Shown: piece by piece, positions 59,968 through 64,000 of the stretch
Layout of the letters: each line of letters opens with the position of its first letter
Numbering within the stretch: position 1 is the stretch's first letter
DNA from: a virus
Virus record (IMG/VR): IMGVR_UViG_3300029858_000001
Coordinates: 91,123-155,122 of that record
Length of the DNA: 64,000 nucleotides
Reading direction: 5' to 3' (one strand)
Notes under the pieces: model-generated
What the model was told of the DNA's origin: nothing
Seen by the model: only the letters and a program-made list of their open reading frames with translations
Database searches by the model: none
Position numbers and translations under genes: made by a program

Positions 59968-60000
59968 TTGCCCAACCAACCACAGAAAGGGGACAACATT

Positions 60001-60189
60001 ATGTACGCTATCTATAATCACACCACAGGCAAGTATGGCATTATCTACCGCAGTCTGACCGTAGCACGGTCTATGGCTCACGCTTACAGCATATGGGCAA
60101 AGAATGACAGAGATGTCATTGATATGCAGACTGGCGAAGTAATGAGTCAGTTTAGCAAAGGACACGAAACTTATAGGGCTATGGCTTAA
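60001..60189 (+). CDS. Hypothetical early protein (62 aa)
   Basis: ATG 60001 after AGAAAGGGGA. Confidence 0.45.
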   Translation: MYAIYNHTTGKYGIIYRSLTVARSMAHAYSIWAKNDRDVIDMQTGEVMSQFSKGHETYRAMA

Positions 60190-60224
60190 TTGCCATAGCC
60201 TACCAATAGAAAGGAGATAACATT

Positions 60225-60530
60225 ATGTTCTCTACAAAAATCGCATTCGTTAATTCGACTGGCAGCACCTATGACTGCGCCGAGTTCTTTACAAAATGCC
60301 CTTGGTGCGATAGCACCGAAGAAGCCACCAAGAGAAAGAAAGAATGGCTGGGGCGGCTTGAGGAAGTGCTGTACATTATGCAAGAGCTGGAACCTTGTGA
60401 CAGCCGCAACTGGGCACATAACTTGTGGGACAAAGAATCTGTGGAATTCAATTTCCATAATCTGACAAAACATCTGGTCATTCTGATCAAAGGTCCATTC
60501 AGTTTTCAGGTAATGGTGAGGGACATTTAA
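60225..60530 (+). CDS. Hypothetical Cys-containing early protein
   Basis: AAAGGAG RBS. CPWCD motif. Confidence 0.5.
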   Translation: MFSTKIAFVNSTGSTYDCAEFFTKCPWCDSTEEATKRKKEWLGRLEEVLYIMQELEPCDSRNWAHNLWDKESVEFNFHNLTKHLVILIKGPFSFQVMVRDI

Positions 60531-60598
60531 GTCCCTCTACCGCTTACCAACCGCACAATCGAGCGCATGAATTGAATTTTCGGAAAGGAATTTTTGAA

Positions 60599-60751
60599 AT
60601 GAAAAATTTCAAACTCGCTATTTACCTTACCTCAGTCATAGTCTTACTCTGGATTAGCATTTCATTTTGCAATGTAGTTGCGCATAATAATCCGGCTGAT
60701 GGGGCTTATGAATATCCCTCTTGGAACTTTTTCGTGATGATGGAGGATTGA
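60599..60751 (+). CDS. Possible 50-aa single-TM peptide
   Basis: RBS GGAAAGGAA. Hydrophobic core LAIYLTSVIVLLWISISF. Confidence 0.3.
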   Translation: MKNFKLAIYLTSVIVLLWISISFCNVVAHNNPADGAYEYPSWNFFVMMED

Positions 60752-60752
60752 A

Positions 60753-60998
60753 ATGAAAAATCAACATAGATGGTCAGGCGAATGGACACAGAGGGGAGCG
60801 CTTGGAGCGCATGACCTCTTTACTCTCAATGGCGAATGGGATGATATTCTCTATATCCCAGTTGGCGCAGAGGGCTGGGCGGATGGGGCTAATGCTTTCA
60901 ACCTCTCAACTCAGGAATTTGAAATCATTCCTCAACATTGGGAAGTCTTTAAGGTAGACCTTGATAGGTCTAGGGCAAATTGGAGTGAAGAGGGTTAA
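60753..60998 (+). CDS. Trp/acidic-rich hypothetical early protein
   Basis: Intact ORF with GGAGGA RBS. Confidence 0.5.
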   Translation: MKNQHRWSGEWTQRGALGAHDLFTLNGEWDDILYIPVGAEGWADGANAFNLSTQEFEIIPQHWEVFKVDLDRSRANWSEEG

Positions 60999-61013
60999 GA
61001 CCCTCTTCACTTA

Positions 61014-61205
61014 ATGAAAGGAATAATTGAAATGGAAATGGTCAGAACCTTGCTCGATGGCTGGCTGCCCGTGAAGCCATTCTCTTATGTATATGGCATT
61101 TATTGGGATTATCTCTACACTGATTCCTATAAAGGAATTGAATTCAATGTCTATAAACATATAACTAACGAAATGTGTGTTGTTCTCACAAGTGAAATAA
61201 TTTGA
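61014..61205 (+). CDS. Hypothetical small protein
   Basis: ORF only. Weak RBS. Confidence 0.3.
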   Translation: MKGIIEMEMVRTLLDGWLPVKPFSYVYGIYWDYLYTDSYKGIEFNVYKHITNEMCVVLTSEII

Positions 61206-61219
61206 AAGGAAAAACGAAA

Positions 61220-61531
61220 ATGATAAACATTCGCACAATCAAGAAACTGACTGATGGCGATGGTCTGACCCTTAAGAATGGAAAAATCAAGAGGTACAAG
61301 AGTGGCTATCAGGTAGCTACTAATGGCGTCGAAGTCATCAGTCCTGAAATGGCAATACAGGCGGTTCGAGAGTTCAAAGGCACTTGCGGCATTTGGCTTG
61401 AAAATGGCAGATACTACATTGACATTTCTAAACGAGTCAGCACCAAACGCGAAGCAGTTGAAATTGGCAAGAAATGTAATCAGCTTTCAATTTACAGATG
61501 GCGCGGCAATCCTGCCTGCCTTTATATTTAA
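61220..61531 (+). CDS. Small early protein, paralog A of a tandem pair
   Basis: MINIRTIKKLTDGDGLTLKNGKIKRYKSGYQV. Confidence 0.5.
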   Translation: MINIRTIKKLTDGDGLTLKNGKIKRYKSGYQVATNGVEVISPEMAIQAVREFKGTCGIWLENGRYYIDISKRVSTKREAVEIGKKCNQLSIYRWRGNPACLYI

Positions 61532-61554
61532 GATTTGAAAAGGAGAAATAAAAA

Positions 61555-61872
61555 ATGATTAACGTTAGAACTATCAAGAAAATGCTGGACGGCGATACCC
61601 TGAATATCAAGAACGGGAAAATCAAGAAGTACAAGGGCGGTTTTCAGGTGAATGTGCAGACCTATGAACATGACAGTCCTGAATCTGCTATCTTCTGGGC
61701 GAAACTGCTTAACACTCTGGATGGCGGTTGCAGTATTCAATTCAAAAATGGAAAATATTACGTCAGCACCACGAAGCACGCCTATACCAGACGACAGGCA
61801 AGGGAAATGGCAAATGATGCAGGTCAGGGCGCTATTTATGAATGGCAGAATCTGGCTCATATGGCAGTTTGA
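61555..61872 (+). CDS. Small early protein, paralog B
   Basis: MINVRTIKKMLDGDTLNIKNGKIKKYKGGFQV. It is followed by a hairpin plus T-run at 61880-61915. Confidence 0.5.
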   Translation: MINVRTIKKMLDGDTLNIKNGKIKKYKGGFQVNVQTYEHDSPESAIFWAKLLNTLDGGCSIQFKNGKYYVSTTKHAYTRRQAREMANDAGQGAIYEWQNLAHMAV

Positions 61873-61879
61873 TCCTGAA

Positions 61880-61915
61880 ATTCCAAGGGCTGGAAATTGG
61901 AAACAGTTTCCAGCC
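61880..61915 (+). terminator. Rho-independent terminator
   Basis: gggctggaaattggaaacagtttccagccc followed by attttt. Confidence 0.6.
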
Positions 61916-62185
61916 CATTTTTCAAATCCTCTTCTTTAATTCATTATCACTTTAATCAAATGAATTGCCTCGCCGGGGCGTGGCGAAATTGATATATCCA
62001 CAGCAAGCTCGCCACGCCCCGCATTTTCCATTTAATACCAATTCCGAATATTTCCAGCCAAATTCTACCATATCTGGTATTACATTCCATTTCCCATATC
62101 CTACCAGCTTATGGTATATAATTCCATACCAAATATTTCCAGAATCTTTGTGCATATTGACGAATAAAAAAATTTAACTTTCCTA

Positions 62186-62214
62186 TTGACATTTGCCCTA
62201 GGGTGTGCTAATAT
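62186..62214 (+). promoter_or_regulatory. Consensus-like promoter (TTGACA, 17 nt, TAATAT)
   Basis: ttgaca tttgccctagggtgtgc taatat. Confidence 0.5.
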
Positions 62215-62242
62215 ATAATTGTTCCAAGGGAACAGATAAAAA

Positions 62243-62428
62243 ATGAAATGGAGATACAAAAAAATGACTACTGAAAAAATCGCTGAACTGCTGAACGAAT
62301 GGATTGATAATGACCATGATTTTAGTGCGGAATCCATGAATGACTTCTGCAATACATATGCCCGCAATTATGACGAGTATATGGGTCTGTGGTACACAGT
62401 CTGCGGTTGCATCGAGGAGGAGGACTAA
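62243..62428 (+). CDS. Hypothetical small acidic protein
   Basis: Intact ORF. Confidence 0.45.
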   Translation: MKWRYKKMTTEKIAELLNEWIDNDHDFSAESMNDFCNTYARNYDEYMGLWYTVCGCIEEED

Positions 62429-62432
62429 CATC

Positions 62433-62573
62433 ATGTATGAGTTTGAAATGTATAATGTCAACACAAAAGAAACTGAAACTGCATATGGCTACTCCCTAGC
62501 AGACGCTAGGGAGAGAAGCCCAAAGTATAACAGCCGTGAATGGGTTTGTCTAATGTCTACTTATATTGATTAA
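62433..62573 (+). CDS. Hypothetical small protein
   Basis: ATG 62433 after GAGGAGGAGG. Confidence 0.4.
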   Translation: MYEFEMYNVNTKETETAYGYSLADARERSPKYNSREWVCLMSTYID

Positions 62574-62586
62574 GGGGGAAATAAAA

Positions 62587-62775
62587 ATGAAAATGTCTGA
62601 ATTTGTATTGAACGTTCTTGATAAAGATATGCTGATTGATATTATCAGCCACGTTGCCGATTGTGGGGTCTGCCCATTCAAAATGGCTTGTAAAGATGCA
62701 ACACAAGATCTTCCAGAAGAAACTTGTGAACAGTTCCTTAACCGTTGGATTGAAGATGATAGGAACGAGGGCTGA
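62587..62775 (+). CDS. Hypothetical small Cys-containing protein
   Basis: ATG 62587 after AAGGGGGAA. TGA sits inside the hairpin gagggctgaaaagccctc. Confidence 0.45.
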   Translation: MKMSEFVLNVLDKDMLIDIISHVADCGVCPFKMACKDATQDLPEETCEQFLNRWIEDDRNEG

Positions 62776-62805
62776 AAAGCCCTCTTCCAAAAGGAGGAAA
62801 TTAAA

Positions 62806-63129
62806 ATGGATATTACAAAATTGCAAGTCAGTAAACATTTCAGAGATGACCGCCTAGACAGATATATTGAAATTCAAATGAACACCGGACTAGGCGAACC
62901 TGTGGCAAAATTCAAATATGAGGACAAATGGCAGATTATTACAAATACAGGAGTGATTTTGATTACAGATAGCCGGATGGAATTTCTAATCACTTTGTAT
63001 TATGTCAACATGGATAAAGCAACTGCAATTTTCAGACGAAACGGGCAGATGAAAATGCCGAAAGTAGTATATGACGCAATTCAAAAGAACATGGCGAAAA
63101 AGCTAATCAAACATAGAAAGGAAAAATAA
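62806..63129 (+). CDS. Hypothetical protein
   Basis: Intact ORF with AAAGGAGGAA RBS. Confidence 0.5.
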   Translation: MDITKLQVSKHFRDDRLDRYIEIQMNTGLGEPVAKFKYEDKWQIITNTGVILITDSRMEFLITLYYVNMDKATAIFRRNGQMKMPKVVYDAIQKNMAKKLIKHRKEK

Positions 63130-63131
63130 AA

Positions 63132-63359
63132 ATGAAAATCGAATATGAAAAGCCAAAACAGATTATCCACTTTGCAGCTCTGGAGGTTGGAACCGTATTC
63201 CGCGACCCGTCTGATGATGCGATTTATATGAAAACTGAATATATCGATAATGATGGTGATGAAATCAATTCAATTAACTTGGCTACCGGAGAACTTGATT
63301 GTCTTCGCGATGACGCAAAAGTTTATCCTGTAGACGCTACATTATATATTAAGGAGTGA
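63132..63359 (+). CDS. Hypothetical protein
   Basis: Intact ORF. Confidence 0.45.
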   Translation: MKIEYEKPKQIIHFAALEVGTVFRDPSDDAIYMKTEYIDNDGDEINSINLATGELDCLRDDAKVYPVDATLYIKE

Positions 63360-63365
63360 TAAAAA

Positions 63366-63578
63366 ATGGAAGGATATAAGACCTGGAAATATCTGGTAAT
63401 TAACTTCCTCCCTACAAAAGACTGGCCGCGATTGTTTTTTGTAGAAGCTTCGTGTCGTTCGGAAGCTGAACATTATATTCAAAAACACTGTGGAAAAGAC
63501 TATATGCTGGTGGATAAATACGATGAATTTGTCGCAAAAATTCTTGATTATCCCGAAATTCCGCATGATAAATTCTAA
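63366..63578 (+). CDS. Hypothetical protein
   Basis: Intact ORF. Confidence 0.45.
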   Translation: MEGYKTWKYLVINFLPTKDWPRLFFVEASCRSEAEHYIQKHCGKDYMLVDKYDEFVAKILDYPEIPHDKF

Positions 63579-63589
63579 TTTCCATTTGA

Positions 63590-63632
63590 ATTTCCTCCCA
63601 AGATATGGGAGGAAATTCTATTTTGAAATTTT
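63590..63632 (+). terminator. Rho-independent terminator
   Basis: gaatttcctcccaagatatgggaggaaattc followed by tattttgaaatttt. Confidence 0.6.
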
Positions 63633-63675
63633 GTATAAAATATGATATAATAAAATAAAAAAAGGATTGATATTT

Positions 63676-64000
63676 AATGAATAAAAATGAATTGGCTAAA
63701 TATTGCAATACTACTATCGGATAGGTAGAAAGAAATTTTCCAAAACTTAAAAATAAATTTCTAAAATAGGGTATTCTTATTACGAAAGAGGGACAAGGAG
63801 AACAAGCCGTTTATACAATATCAGAAACTATTCCTATAAATATTCCATTTGTTCCTAAATATACGAAAGAAAAAAAATGGGATAAAGATTTAGAAAATGA
63901 ATAGTGGATTGACATTTATGGAATAGATGGATTTGAAATTTCTAATTATGGTAGAGTAAGAAATAAAAATACATTACAATTACATAAATCTTCTACTCAT
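63676..64000 (+). CDS. NUMOD4/HNH-type homing endonuclease, 3' partial; AT-rich with four or more in-frame TAG codons
   Basis: W-x-D-I-x-G-x-x-G-F-E-I-S-N-x-G-R-V-R-N is the NUMOD4 motif that precedes HNH. ATG 63676 after AAAGGA. TAGs at 63724, 63775, 63895 and 63916. Confidence 0.55.

Noticed and set aside
1-64000. TGA as an additional recoded codon
   Set aside because: TGA terminates nrdD, the tape measure gene and several early ORFs at positions consistent with homologues. Only TAG shows read-through.

Overview
This 64-kb window is from a low-GC, long-tailed (siphovirus-like) phage. It uses an alternative genetic code in which TAG (amber) is read as a sense codon, most likely glutamine, while TAA and TGA remain stops. 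The supplied six-frame track treats TAG as a stop, so it shatters almost every late gene into short fragments. Read with TAG as Gln, the window has three parts.

(1) 1-14021, plus strand: an early replication and nucleotide-metabolism module. It holds a Pif1/Dda-like helicase (5' partial), DnaE-type Pol III alpha, guanylate kinase, a Mu-F-motif protein, NrdG, dUTPase and a RuvC-like resolvase. It also holds nrdD, which is split by a group I intron carrying a GIY-YIG homing endonuclease.

(2) 14065-57285, minus strand: a 43-kb late operon running from a consensus promoter at ~57314-57342 down to a bidirectional terminator at 14022-14062. In order it encodes a zinc-ribbon protein, a TerS-candidate, TerL, a small PD-(D/E)xK-like endonuclease, portal, a scaffold-like protein, a TAG-free major capsid protein, head-tail genes, a major tail protein, a ~3100-aa tape measure protein, roughly 5 kb of giant baseplate/fibre genes and a few odd small membrane proteins.

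(3) 57343-64000, plus strand: a second early region. It begins with back-to-back consensus promoters, then an AbrB-like regulator, an iteron-like repeat block, two tandem consensus promoters with a GC-rich structured leader, and a GC-richer (~45-50 %) block of small TAA-terminated genes. It ends with an NUMOD4/HNH homing endonuclease that again contains in-frame TAG codons.

TAG is absent from some genes, including DnaE (1326 codons) and the capsid protein, and dense in tail genes. No tRNA, rRNA or CRISPR array was recognised. All coordinates were derived by eye without tools and should be re-checked computationally.
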